Below, in pieces: positions 41,871-50,573 of a stretch of 64,000 nucleotides of DNA (its first letter is position 1; each line of letters begins with the position of its first letter). The DNA is taken from assembly GCA_026184295.1 (NCBI GenBank), contig JAHCJK010000002.1, positions 10,946 to 74,945 of the forward strand. The letters are read 5' to 3'. Under the pieces are notes generated by a model. It did not search any database and was not told the DNA's origin. It saw only the letters and a list, made by a program, of their open reading frames with translations. The position numbers and the translations under genes were made by a program. Source of the DNA: Planctomycetota bacterium. GTDB lineage: Bacteria > Planctomycetota > SZUA-567 > H5-PLA8.

Positions 41871-42341
41871 TTAAGGATCGATGGCGATCATTTCGCCGCC
41901 GGCCTCTCCGCTGCCGAAGTCGAAGACCGCGATCCCGCCCTTCTCTACCGTGTTGATCTTCGAGAGCGCGATGGAAACGCGCGGCCGGAACTCGCCGTTG
42001 CCGTAGGAGGAATCCAGTTCGAGCGCGTCGCGAAGGCCGAGGGCGTATTCCCACAGCGCGACGAGATCGTTCGATGTGTCCTTCGGAACATGCATGAGAA
42101 GCTGCGCGGCGAAGCGGTAGGTCTTGCGTTCGTTGCGGCCGGGGCTGTTGACGGAACGAAGGCCCGCCCAAAAGTAGGCCTGCGTGTTCGGCGTGGTAGC
42201 GCGCACGAGCTTGTTGAGGTTGTCGTCGTCGTCGAAGCGCTTGAAGCCTTTGAAGCAACGCTCCGCGCCGATGCCGTCGTAAGCGGTCGCGATGGCCCAG
42301 ATGCGTTCGAGGGTTTTCGTTTCGGTCTTGGTCGCGGCCAT
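41871..42341 (-). CDS. phage hypothetical protein (156 aa)
   Basis: Clean composition. Confidence 0.55.
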   Translation of the reverse strand: MAATKTETKTLERIWAIATAYDGIGAERCFKGFKRFDDDDNLNKLVRATTPNTQAYFWAGLRSVNSPGRNERKTYRFAAQLLMHVPKDTSNDLVALWEYALGLRDALELDSSYGNGEFRPRVSIALSKINTVEKGGIAVFDFGSGEAGGEMIAIDP

Positions 42342-42344
42342 AGG

Positions 42345-42713
42345 TCAACCCAGCGTGAGGGGCTTGTCTTCGACGAAGCGGACTAAGTAGACGCGGCCGG
42401 TCGAGTCCTTTTCAATCGGCTGGATCGCGGACCATTCACGATCCTTGTAGGTGAAGACGTCCCCGGGCGTGACCGGTTCGCCTTCGCCTTCGGGGTACGC
42501 GAAGCCCGGCTGGACGGGGATCTGCAAACGGAGGACGCGGAGTTCGGAGAGGCCGATGTTCGTCTCGACCTGTTCGATGCCTTCGGAGACCACGCTGGCG
42601 CGCAGGGTAACGGCCTCGCCGCCGCGGTGCGAGAAGGCGCCTTCGATGCCGACGCGCCCCGCGACGGCCAGGCTGGCCCGCGCGAGCCCGGCGCCGATCC
42701 GGTCGCGAACGTT
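42345..42713 (-). CDS. phage hypothetical protein (122 aa)
   Basis: Start MNVRDRIGAG; start overlaps stop of upstream gene. Confidence 0.5.
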   Translation of the reverse strand, partial: NVRDRIGAGLARASLAVAGRVGIEGAFSHRGGEAVTLRASVVSEGIEQVETNIGLSELRVLRLQIPVQPGFAYPEGEGEPVTPGDVFTYKDREWSAIQPIEKDSTGRVYLVRFVEDKPLTLG

Positions 42714-43126
42714 CATCGGAGAATCCTGTGGCAGCGGCGCCGGCGCTGAATCTCGCGGGAGAAGCCGCCGCGCGGGCAGACGAAGCCGAGGAGGTCGGCG
42801 ATGGTCATGCGGATGTTTTCGCGGCGCCGGGCGTCGTGGGCCAGGACGCCGGAGTTCCCCGCGCCGGCGTAGACTTCGAGTTCGCTTTGGGGCGTGACCG
42901 CGTCCCAATCGGCCAACTGCGCCTGGACGAGAGCGCGGCGCTCGGCCACGGCGTCGGCCGCGTCGATCCGCGCGTTCAGGGCCGTGACGACGGCCGAGAA
43001 GTCGTAGGTCTCGCCCGCGGGGCCGAAGATGCTGGAAAGGTTGACGACTTCGAAGCCGGTCCCGCCGCGCGGAACGCCGAAGACCTGGAAGACTTTCTCC
43101 TTCTCGGCGTCGCTGAAAGTGGGCAT
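42713..43126 (-). CDS. phage hypothetical protein (137 aa)
   Basis: MPTFSDAEKEKVFQVFG...; coupled to neighbours. Confidence 0.5.
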   Translation of the reverse strand: MPTFSDAEKEKVFQVFGVPRGGTGFEVVNLSSIFGPAGETYDFSAVVTALNARIDAADAVAERRALVQAQLADWDAVTPQSELEVYAGAGNSGVLAHDARRRENIRMTIADLLGFVCPRGGFSREIQRRRRCHRILR

Positions 43127-43381
43127 TCATTCACCGGGGGCGGGCGCTTGGGCGTTCGCGGGTTCGTCGGGCTCTTCGCCGGGGTCGGTCACGATCCACT
43201 GGCCTTCGTGGAGCGTGACCTTGTTGTTCGACTTCACGCGGCCCTGTTTGGTCTCGACGTAGACATGCGCCCGGACGTCTTCGGCGAGTTGGACGGGTTC
43301 CTTTTCAGGAACCACGACGGCCCTTGTGCCGCCGCACGACGTCTGCGAGACGCCGAGCGCGCACAGGATCGCGTACGCCAT
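43127..43381 (-). CDS. small secreted/lipoprotein-like phage protein
   Basis: MAYAILCALGVSQTSCGG signal-like N-terminus. Start uncertain. Confidence 0.4.
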   Translation of the reverse strand: MAYAILCALGVSQTSCGGTRAVVVPEKEPVQLAEDVRAHVYVETKQGRVKSNNKVTLHEGQWIVTDPGEEPDEPANAQAPAPGE

Positions 43382-43487
43382 CCACCGCGGTATCGGGCGC
43401 CGAAAGGATTTCACGAAGCACCTCCGCGATGATCGGCGCCAGGATTCCCAGGATGGCGACAAGCCATTCGGGCATGCCGGGGTTCCT

Positions 43488-43880
43488 TTACGTGGCTGCG
43501 GGCGCGTCGCCGACGACCGCGACGGACGCGGGCTGAACGTCGATGGTCTTCACCGCGGCGCCGGAGAGCTTGTGCTCGTAGGCGAAGCGCGCGAGGTCGA
43601 GGGCCGCGTCCTTCAGGTCCATGATGCTCGGCGGCTTGTTGTAGGTGTCTTCGAATTCCTTCGCGAAGATCGTGAGGGCATGGTCCAGCTTGTCCTGGCC
43701 GGTCTTGAAGCCCGCGGCCTCGGCCGCATTGAACGCGGTCAGGACGAGGCCTTCCCAGCGTTCGGTGTTCCACTGGAAGCGGTCGCGCAGCAGCCGGTAG
43801 GCGAAAAGCACGATGGACGCGTACAGGACGATGGCCTGAGGGCTGAGCGCGAGTTCCTTCAGAAACGTTCCCCAATCCAT
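43488..43880 (-). CDS. phage membrane protein (130 aa)
   Basis: N-terminal TM helix AIVLYASIVLFAYRLL. Confidence 0.5.
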   Translation of the reverse strand: MDWGTFLKELALSPQAIVLYASIVLFAYRLLRDRFQWNTERWEGLVLTAFNAAEAAGFKTGQDKLDHALTIFAKEFEDTYNKPPSIMDLKDAALDLARFAYEHKLSGAAVKTIDVQPASVAVVGDAPAAT

Positions 43881-43898
43881 GAGCGGTTCTCCTTGCCG

Positions 43899-44144
43899 TT
43901 ACGGCTTTCGCTGCAAGAGCGCGTCGAGTTTGTCGTTGAGTTCCTTCAGGTTCTTCTTGATCTCGGCGCTGTTGGCGTCGGCGGCTTCCTGCTTGGTTTC
44001 CATCCGGATGATGCGGCCTTCGTGGTCGAAGATTTTCAGAAGCTCCCAGCCGGCGATGCCCGAAACGATCACGAGCAGAACGCCGCCGAAGGTCTGAAGG
44101 GCGCGGTCGACGGTTATGAAGCGTTCCGCTTTTTCTTCCGCCAC
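43899..44144 (-). CDS. small membrane protein (holin-like, 81 aa)
   Basis: GTG start. Single TM GGVLLVIVSGIAGWELL then charged coiled-coil tail. Confidence 0.45.
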   Translation of the reverse strand: MAEEKAERFITVDRALQTFGGVLLVIVSGIAGWELLKIFDHEGRIIRMETKQEAADANSAEIKKNLKELNDKLDALLQRKP

Positions 44145-44305
44145 GCGCGAGGCCTTCCCGAAAGAACCACCGGCGAACCGCAGGCCGGGAGTCGTTGCTG
44201 TGCGTCGCCGCCGCAGACATAGCGGCCGTCGCGAAGTTCCGCCTTTACCGAGCGGCCCGGATGATCCATGCCTGTGCAGTTTCCGCGCGGCATGCGCCCT
44301 CCGGT

Positions 44306-44314
44306 GATTTAACG
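44306..44314 (-). promoter_or_regulatory. GATTTAACG motif copy (CCGGTGATTTAACGTT)
   Basis: Intergenic, ~160 nt upstream of 44144 start. Confidence 0.45.
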
Positions 44315-44584
44315 TTTCGGGCTACTTCGCTTCCTGCGCCGCCTTCATCCAGTCTTACGCCTTCACCGCCTTGTACGGAGTGACGATCACGCCTTCGTCC
44401 TTCCCGCGCGCATGCAACTGCCCATCCGACAGGCGCAGGCATTCGACGCTGGTAGCGTTGGGTTCGCGATCGGTCTTCTGCCAAACGCTCAAGGCCGGAT
44501 CTCCGTTAAAGACGAAGGTCTTGCCGGCCGGGAGGGTTCCGAGTTGCACAAGCACGGGTTCGACTTCCATGACGAGGTCTCCTG

Positions 44585-46117
44585 TTACGGCATGTCCCAA
44601 AGTTTGATCCAGGACCCGCGCTTGAGCGTGAGCCCCGTGCCCGCGTCGGCCACCTTGGCGAAGCGAAGCCCGAAGGTGCCCGCGCCGTTCACCACCAGCG
44701 CGCCGCGAATCTTGATCGTGAAGTTGGTATTGGTCGTCGCTGCCACGCTGATAGCCGTGTTCAGGGCCGATACGCGCGGATTGGTGAGCGTGGCCAGCCC
44801 CGCGCCGTCCACCAGTTCCGCGTCGGCAATGAAATACGTCGCGGTCGCCGTGCCCTGCGCGAAGTCGATCTGCACGCCGTCGGCCACGGTATCGCCCGCC
44901 GTGAAGGGCAGGTAGGCTTCAAAGGCGATCTTGCGCGTCGTGGCAATGGAGACCGTTACCAGCGAGGTCGCATTGGTCAGCGTAGCGGAATCGACGGCCT
45001 GATCGGCGTTAACGAGCAGATCGCCCGCCGTCTGGTGCCAACCGTACGCAGCACCAGCGCTACCACCGGACGTTTTGGTAATGCCCGGTGCCACGCGGGG
45101 GATAGCCGTGTCTGATAGGTTGTACAAATCGCCAGAGGAACCGTACCCGGTGGAAGGCGTCCAAGAAATACCGGCGTTATTGCTCAAACCAACGCCGTTG
45201 TTTCCGATCTCCATTCGGTAGTCGTTATTACCAAACGCCCAGGTTGATCCCGCCGAGGGGACCCACATTGACGTGCCGCCGTTGGTACCGATTGTAATCA
45301 ACTTCGCCGAAGCGCTATAGCCACTGGGAGCCATAACGCTAAGAGCCGTGCGGCTGGTAGTCGCCGGCGCAACCAGCACATCGACAGATGGTGCGAAAGC
45401 AGTATTGATTCCGCCCGCTAGCTGCAACATAGGTTCCGGCGTGATCGTCGCCGCCGTGATCGTGCCGTTGCCGACCGTTTTGTTGAACGTGAATGTGTCC
45501 GAGTCCACGAAGGTGACTTGGTAGGTTCCGTTGACGCTCACGCCCGCGCTGCCACTGATCGTGACCTTATCGCCCGTCGTGAGCCCGTGCGCCGCCGTGG
45601 TGTTGATCGTCGCGACGTTGCTTGTGACCGAACCGCTCGAAAAGGTCGGAGCCGAGACCGCCACGCCCGCGAGACGGTTCCCGCCGTTCCACGAAACCGA
45701 AGGCGCGAGCACGCCGATGGTGTTGCCCAACGTATCCGCGTGGTTCCCCATGTCCGGCAGGTTGTAGTAGCGGTTGGCCGTAAGGCCGTTCGCGCCGAGC
45801 GTGACCGTGTTGCTGTCGGTCCAGGTGATCTCGTTGCCGCCCTGGTCTTCCCAGGGACCGCCGCCGCCGCCGCCCATTTCCGCCACGGTGCCCGCACTGT
45901 TCTTGCTCTTGATCTTCCCGTCCGCCTGGTCGGCGTAGATCACGATCTCGCCCGACGCCGGCGTCGAGGGCGCCGAGCCTTCCTTGAAGAGCGCGCCTTT
46001 GCCGCCGCTGAAGCCCGCGTAGTAGCCGGCCGTCGAGGCCAGCGCGAGATTCAGCATCGCGAGAAGGCCGAAGACGGTGTAGTTCGTCCCCTGGCGCGGG
46101 AAGTTGGGTCCGGTCAT
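44585..46117 (-). CDS. phage fiber / hemagglutinin-like structural protein (510 aa)
   Basis: Gly/Thr/Asn/Ala-rich beta-helix-like composition. Confidence 0.6.
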   Translation of the reverse strand: MTGPNFPRQGTNYTVFGLLAMLNLALASTAGYYAGFSGGKGALFKEGSAPSTPASGEIVIYADQADGKIKSKNSAGTVAEMGGGGGGPWEDQGGNEITWTDSNTVTLGANGLTANRYYNLPDMGNHADTLGNTIGVLAPSVSWNGGNRLAGVAVSAPTFSSGSVTSNVATINTTAAHGLTTGDKVTISGSAGVSVNGTYQVTFVDSDTFTFNKTVGNGTITAATITPEPMLQLAGGINTAFAPSVDVLVAPATTSRTALSVMAPSGYSASAKLITIGTNGGTSMWVPSAGSTWAFGNNDYRMEIGNNGVGLSNNAGISWTPSTGYGSSGDLYNLSDTAIPRVAPGITKTSGGSAGAAYGWHQTAGDLLVNADQAVDSATLTNATSLVTVSIATTRKIAFEAYLPFTAGDTVADGVQIDFAQGTATATYFIADAELVDGAGLATLTNPRVSALNTAISVAATTNTNFTIKIRGALVVNGAGTFGLRFAKVADAGTGLTLKRGSWIKLWDMP

Positions 46118-46135
46118 GGGTTACTCCTGGAAAGA

Positions 46136-46423
46136 CTAGCGGTCGTGCATGAGGCTCGTGGAGAGGCCCGCGGCGCAGCCGAACTTGTAGGCCCAGCATT
46201 GCGGTGGGAGCTGCACGCTCGCGCCGGGCGGAATCTTGCGCATCGAACCGCCGAGGGGCTCGGACGTGACGAGGCTTCCGTTGTCCACGTTGATGTAGGC
46301 GTCCTGCAGGCCCTTGTTCGTGACGACTCCGCCGGGCAGGAGGAGCGTGGCCGTCTTCGCGTTCTCGTCACATTCGAAGCCGCCGTTGCCGGAGCCGGAG
46401 ATCGTGACGTTTGCGGATGCCAT
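46136..46423 (-). CDS. phage hypothetical protein (95 aa)
   Basis: Between two fiber-like genes. Confidence 0.4.
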   Translation of the reverse strand: MASANVTISGSGNGGFECDENAKTATLLLPGGVVTNKGLQDAYINVDNGSLVTSEPLGGSMRKIPPGASVQLPPQCWAYKFGCAAGLSTSLMHDR

Positions 46424-46456
46424 GGACGGAACCTCAGGAGGAAGAGCGCCGAACGA

Positions 46457-47776
46457 CTACCAGCCGGTAGACCAGACGCGGTAGGTGATCTTCACGCGTA
46501 CGGCGTTGGCCGCGTTGCCGCCGCCGAGTTCGCCGTCGCCGGTGTTGTGCAGGACGAGGGCTTTGTTCTCGCTGCCCGACTTCGCGACGATGGCGTCGGC
46601 CTTCGCGCGCGCGGTGGTCAGCGTGTCCGCGGTCGCGTCCACGAAGCCGGTCGATTCGATGGCGTCGGAGAGGGCCGCGCCCGATCCGTCCGTGTACTTC
46701 ACGGCGAGGTTGTCGTCGCTTTCGGTGTAGGCGCCCGTGTAGTCGAAGAGCAGCACGGCGCTGACGAATTCGAGGACCTTCCCGGAACCCGGCGCCGCGA
46801 CGAGCGTCTTCGGCGTCGCGCGGAGGTTCAGCATTTCGGTGTTCGTGATCGAGACTTCGGCGGTCTGGAGGATGCCGTCGCCTTCGCGCCCGCGGTTCAT
46901 GATCCAGGTCGTCGCGTCGATGGCTTCGAAGGTCGCGTTGCCGCCGCCGGGCAGTTCGATGGCCGCGTTCGCCGAGCGCGTGCCGATGGCGTCGCTCGAA
47001 GCCGGGTAGACCTTCAGGACCGCGGTGCCCACGGTGTTGTGGACGACGCAGCGCAGGCCCGCCGCCGCGGCCGGAAGCACAACGCCCTTTGTCCCGTCCG
47101 ACGCCGTGATGTAGTTGATGGCCTTGGTAAGCGCCGTGCCGTCGCCCTGGTTGCTGCCCGCCGCCGCGGCCGTCCCGATCCCGCCGGTGCCGTAATTGAA
47201 GCCGCCGTCCTTCAGGAGCACGCCGTCCACGGTCACGCCGGCCGCGCCGGTGCTTTCGGCGACGACGTCGGCCTTGACGCCGTTCGTCCCGAAGTCCTGC
47301 GCCTGGCCCGTCGCGCCCGCCGCCGATCCGTCCGCCGCCAGGAAGCCCGAAGAGGCCGCGCTGAACGCGAAGCCGTACCACGCGGAAGCATCGCACCAGA
47401 CGTAGCCCGCTTCGCCCTGGCCGATGGTGACGATGGTCGAACCGCCGGCGTTCTTGACGACGAGGTTCTCGGCCGCGTCCGCGCTGTTGACGATGAAGAA
47501 CTCGTAGCCTTCGCTCGTGCCCACCGCCGGCAGCGTGACGTTGCGCGAGGAACCGCCCGGGTCCATGCGCTGCACCTGCTTGCTGTCGGGATAGAGCGTG
47601 ACGTTCCCGGCCAGCGTCGAGTTCACGATCTTGCGGTCGAGGAAAATCTTCTTCCCGGCCCAGACCTGCTTGCCTTCCGAGACGCCGCCGGAGTCGGCCG
47701 CGCGAACGAGGTTCAGCCCGCTACCGCCAAGCAGCGCGAGCACGAAGAGCGAAAGAGCGAGCATGGGAAACTTCAT
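46457..47776 (-). CDS. phage tail fiber/tailspike protein, paralog B (conserved C-terminal domain), signal-like N-terminus
   Basis: C-terminus homologous to 36341..37615. DNA of 46457-46870 ~75% identical to 36341-36760. Confidence 0.65.
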   Translation of the reverse strand: MKFPMLALSLFVLALLGGSGLNLVRAADSGGVSEGKQVWAGKKIFLDRKIVNSTLAGNVTLYPDSKQVQRMDPGGSSRNVTLPAVGTSEGYEFFIVNSADAAENLVVKNAGGSTIVTIGQGEAGYVWCDASAWYGFAFSAASSGFLAADGSAAGATGQAQDFGTNGVKADVVAESTGAAGVTVDGVLLKDGGFNYGTGGIGTAAAAGSNQGDGTALTKAINYITASDGTKGVVLPAAAAGLRCVVHNTVGTAVLKVYPASSDAIGTRSANAAIELPGGGNATFEAIDATTWIMNRGREGDGILQTAEVSITNTEMLNLRATPKTLVAAPGSGKVLEFVSAVLLFDYTGAYTESDDNLAVKYTDGSGAALSDAIESTGFVDATADTLTTARAKADAIVAKSGSENKALVLHNTGDGELGGGNAANAVRVKITYRVWSTGW

Positions 47777-47827
47777 GGGAGGGTGTTCTCCGAAAGAGCC
47801 GTGGCGCCGCGCGCGAACGAAAGCCCG

Positions 47828-48526
47828 CTACTTGGGCAGGCGCTTGTAGTGCGGGATGGGCTTCTCGCCCTTGGCCGGCAGGCCGGCGAAGGCTTCCGGC
47901 CGAACGTTCTGCCGGAGCTTCCAGTCTTCCTTGTCGGGGCGCTTCGAGAAGTTGACCAGGAGGTCCACGACGGGAATGAAGCCGTCGCCCTTCTCCATCG
48001 TCTTGTGAAGTTCGCCGTCGTGTTCGACCAGGCGGACGACGGTTCCGTTGAGCAGCAGCGCCGGCGCCGGCTTCGCCAGGGCTTCATGGTACTCGCGCAG
48101 CGCTTCGACCTGCTTTTCGAGCGGAAGGCGCGTGATCTTTTGCAGCGTCGTGTACGGATCGGCCAGCGAAGGAATCTCGGTCAGGTTCCCGCGGTTGGTC
48201 GGGAGCGGCAGAATCCTGGCCGGGTACTGCGCGCCGTCGTTGTCCACGAAGATCACGGCCACGCACTTCATGCCCTTGCCCTCCGGATGGCGTTCGTAAT
48301 CCATCGGACCGCCGGGCGCGAAGCGGCCTTCGTTGCGCCGCTCGAACTTCTGCGCGGCTTTTTTGTCCGCGGCCTTGTCCGCGGCTTCCTTCTCAGCGGG
48401 CTCCTTCTCCGCGGTCGCAGCTTCGGGCGCCGAGGCATTCGCCTGCGCGGCGGCGGAAGGAATGGGAGCGCTCCCGTCGTTTCCGGCGGGAGCGCTCTTG
48501 CCGTCCTGCTTCTTCTTCCTGGGCAT
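47828..48526 (-). CDS. phage hypothetical protein (232 aa) with Lys/Ala/Glu-rich N-terminal region
   Basis: Located between coat and spike genes. Confidence 0.5.
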   Translation of the reverse strand: MPRKKKQDGKSAPAGNDGSAPIPSAAAQANASAPEAATAEKEPAEKEAADKAADKKAAQKFERRNEGRFAPGGPMDYERHPEGKGMKCVAVIFVDNDGAQYPARILPLPTNRGNLTEIPSLADPYTTLQKITRLPLEKQVEALREYHEALAKPAPALLLNGTVVRLVEHDGELHKTMEKGDGFIPVVDLLVNFSKRPDKEDWKLRQNVRPEAFAGLPAKGEKPIPHYKRLPK

Positions 48527-48583
48527 TTTTCGAATCCTTGCGAGGCCGAAAGGTGTGCCGCGCCGCGGCGCGGATCATCCGGC

Positions 48584-49612
48584 TTAATTGCCGGAGTAGT
48601 TGTGGATGCTCTCGACGAGCGGCAGTTCCTTGTGGTTCTCGTACCCCACGGACCAGTTGGCCGAGGACTTCAGGGCCGTCAGCGAGGGGTTCGCGCCGCC
48701 GGCGCCCGAGTTCCAGCCCATGTGGTCGGACTCGATGACGAAGTCGTAGTCCGCGCGCCATTGCGTGGTCTTGGTCTCGCGTTCGATGCGGCGGTCGGTC
48801 TCGATCTGCACGGGGCGGATGAAGCCCCCGCGCATGACGCCCGGACCGGCCAGAAGGGTGATGTACTTGTCGTACCCGGCGTCGGCGACGGTCAGGTCGG
48901 CGTTGTCCACGAAGGCGCGTTCCATGCCGTACACGTTGCGGCCGTCGTCGCCCTGGAGGTGCAGGCCCGCGACCATGTCGATGGCGCGGCCGTTCGCGTC
49001 GGTGCTGAGGTCCTTCTTCACCTCGGCGCGGGCGAGCAGCCAGCGCAGCACGCCGACGCGGTCGCCCATGAGGAAGCGGGCGCGGTCCAGCACGTTCGGG
49101 TCGAAGTTGGTGCGGGTCGAAGCGTTCCAGACGGTGTCCGTGTGCGCGCCGGCCGTCATCGCTTCCACCATGCCGATCAACGCCGCGATGAAGATGTTGC
49201 TCATGTCGTCGGCGACGATCTCGCCGGCCTGCCGGCCGAGTTCCGCGCTGATCTGCGCGGGCGAGAGGCCCATGAGGAAGATGTCGTCGGTGAACTCGAC
49301 GAGCGGAGTGCGGCGGTTCAGGATCACGCCCTTGTTGTTCCCGCCTTCCACCTTCACGGCCGTCAGCGCGCTGTTGCTCGTGATGTCGCGCCGTTCCGCG
49401 GTAACCGCGCGCTTGAAGTACGGGTTCTCCGTGTACTGCCCGCCCTTGCCGGCGTAGGCCGGCTGGTTCTGCAGGAAGATCGGGCGCTCGGGACCGCCGA
49501 CCCAGGTCTTGAGCAGTTCGTAGGAGCGCGTCACGAACGCCTTTTGCATGTGGGCGTTCATGATCTGCGGCACGGGCGTGAAGTCCGAAGGGAGCGAAGT
49601 TCCGGTTGCCAT
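48584..49612 (-). CDS. phage major capsid (coat) protein
   Basis: 342 aa. Position directly after scaffold gene in terS-terL-portal-scaffold-coat order. Confidence 0.65.
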   Translation of the reverse strand: MATGTSLPSDFTPVPQIMNAHMQKAFVTRSYELLKTWVGGPERPIFLQNQPAYAGKGGQYTENPYFKRAVTAERRDITSNSALTAVKVEGGNNKGVILNRRTPLVEFTDDIFLMGLSPAQISAELGRQAGEIVADDMSNIFIAALIGMVEAMTAGAHTDTVWNASTRTNFDPNVLDRARFLMGDRVGVLRWLLARAEVKKDLSTDANGRAIDMVAGLHLQGDDGRNVYGMERAFVDNADLTVADAGYDKYITLLAGPGVMRGGFIRPVQIETDRRIERETKTTQWRADYDFVIESDHMGWNSGAGGANPSLTALKSSANWSVGYENHKELPLVESIHNYSGN

Positions 49613-49615
49613 GAC

Positions 49616-50392
49616 TTATTTACCTTTCCTGAGTTGGGCTTCGCCGGCCTGGATCACCGCGTTGGTTTCTTCCGGGCGAGCGTCAAGCCACTTGGCGAGA
49701 AGGTCTGCGTTGCCCATCAGGGCGTCGTACGAAGGGACGGTCGCGCCGGCGATCTCGTTCGCGCCGGTGGCGCCCGTACCGCCATCCACCTTCGTCTTGA
49801 CCCAATGGGGCTTGCGAACGGAGAGGTCCTGCATCGCCTCTTCGAGGGAGAGTTCGACGGGGACCGGAATCCCCAACTTCACTGCCGTCGAAGGAACGAC
49901 GAGCTTGCCTTCCTTGTTGACCACCTTCGGAAGGATTTCCTGGACGGCCTCGTTCGCGTCGAACCAGGTCACTTTGCCGGCAGCGGCACGGACGGCGTTC
50001 TCGGCTTCCTTCTGCGCGAGCTTGGCTTCCAGAGCGCCCACGGCTTCGCGCCAGTTCTTGTTGTCGTCGGCGGGCTTGCCTTCGCCGCCTTTCTCTTCGG
50101 GTTTCTCGGAGGGTTTGGGGAGATTCAGGCTGTCGACGTACTTCTTGACCGCGCCCTCGACGATGCCGGGGATCTGCGCGCCGAGGCCCTTGAAACCTTC
50201 CGCGATCTGCTGTCCGATGTCCGGTGCCGTAGCGGCGCCCGCGCCTTTGTCCCCTTCCTTCTTGTCGCCGGCGGCAACGCCGCTTCCCGCGCCTTCGGGC
50301 GAAAGCAGGGCGATGCCTCGCGCAACGGCGCCGGCGCCCGGGCTGAAGATCATCCCGCGGGGAGAAGGACCGTAATCTTTGAAGATGGCCAT
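49616..50392 (-). CDS. phage scaffolding protein
   Basis: Ala/Glu/Lys/Gly-rich helical composition. 3 nt upstream of coat gene. Start uncertain (50392, 50410 or 50437). Confidence 0.55.
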   Translation of the reverse strand: MAIFKDYGPSPRGMIFSPGAGAVARGIALLSPEGAGSGVAAGDKKEGDKGAGAATAPDIGQQIAEGFKGLGAQIPGIVEGAVKKYVDSLNLPKPSEKPEEKGGEGKPADDNKNWREAVGALEAKLAQKEAENAVRAAAGKVTWFDANEAVQEILPKVVNKEGKLVVPSTAVKLGIPVPVELSLEEAMQDLSVRKPHWVKTKVDGGTGATGANEIAGATVPSYDALMGNADLLAKWLDARPEETNAVIQAGEAQLRKGK

Positions 50393-50573
50393 GCTGGCGG
50401 AACCCGTCATGAAAGGAGGGCAAAGCACTTCATCCATCGATCTAACGTTCGAACAGGATTCAATCCGCGAATTTGGCGCTGTTCGGCGTTCGCCTGACGT
50501 TCTTTGCCAACCGCGGCAAGATGGCGTCGCACAGGGTTACGGTAAGGCCGAGACAGGGCCTTCCGGTTCGGGT

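Noticed and set aside
45518-50497. 1659-aa plus-strand ORF spanning the fiber, coat and scaffold genes
   Set aside because: Same high-GC artefact; the opposite strand carries coherent phage structural genes with SD sequences and coupled starts.
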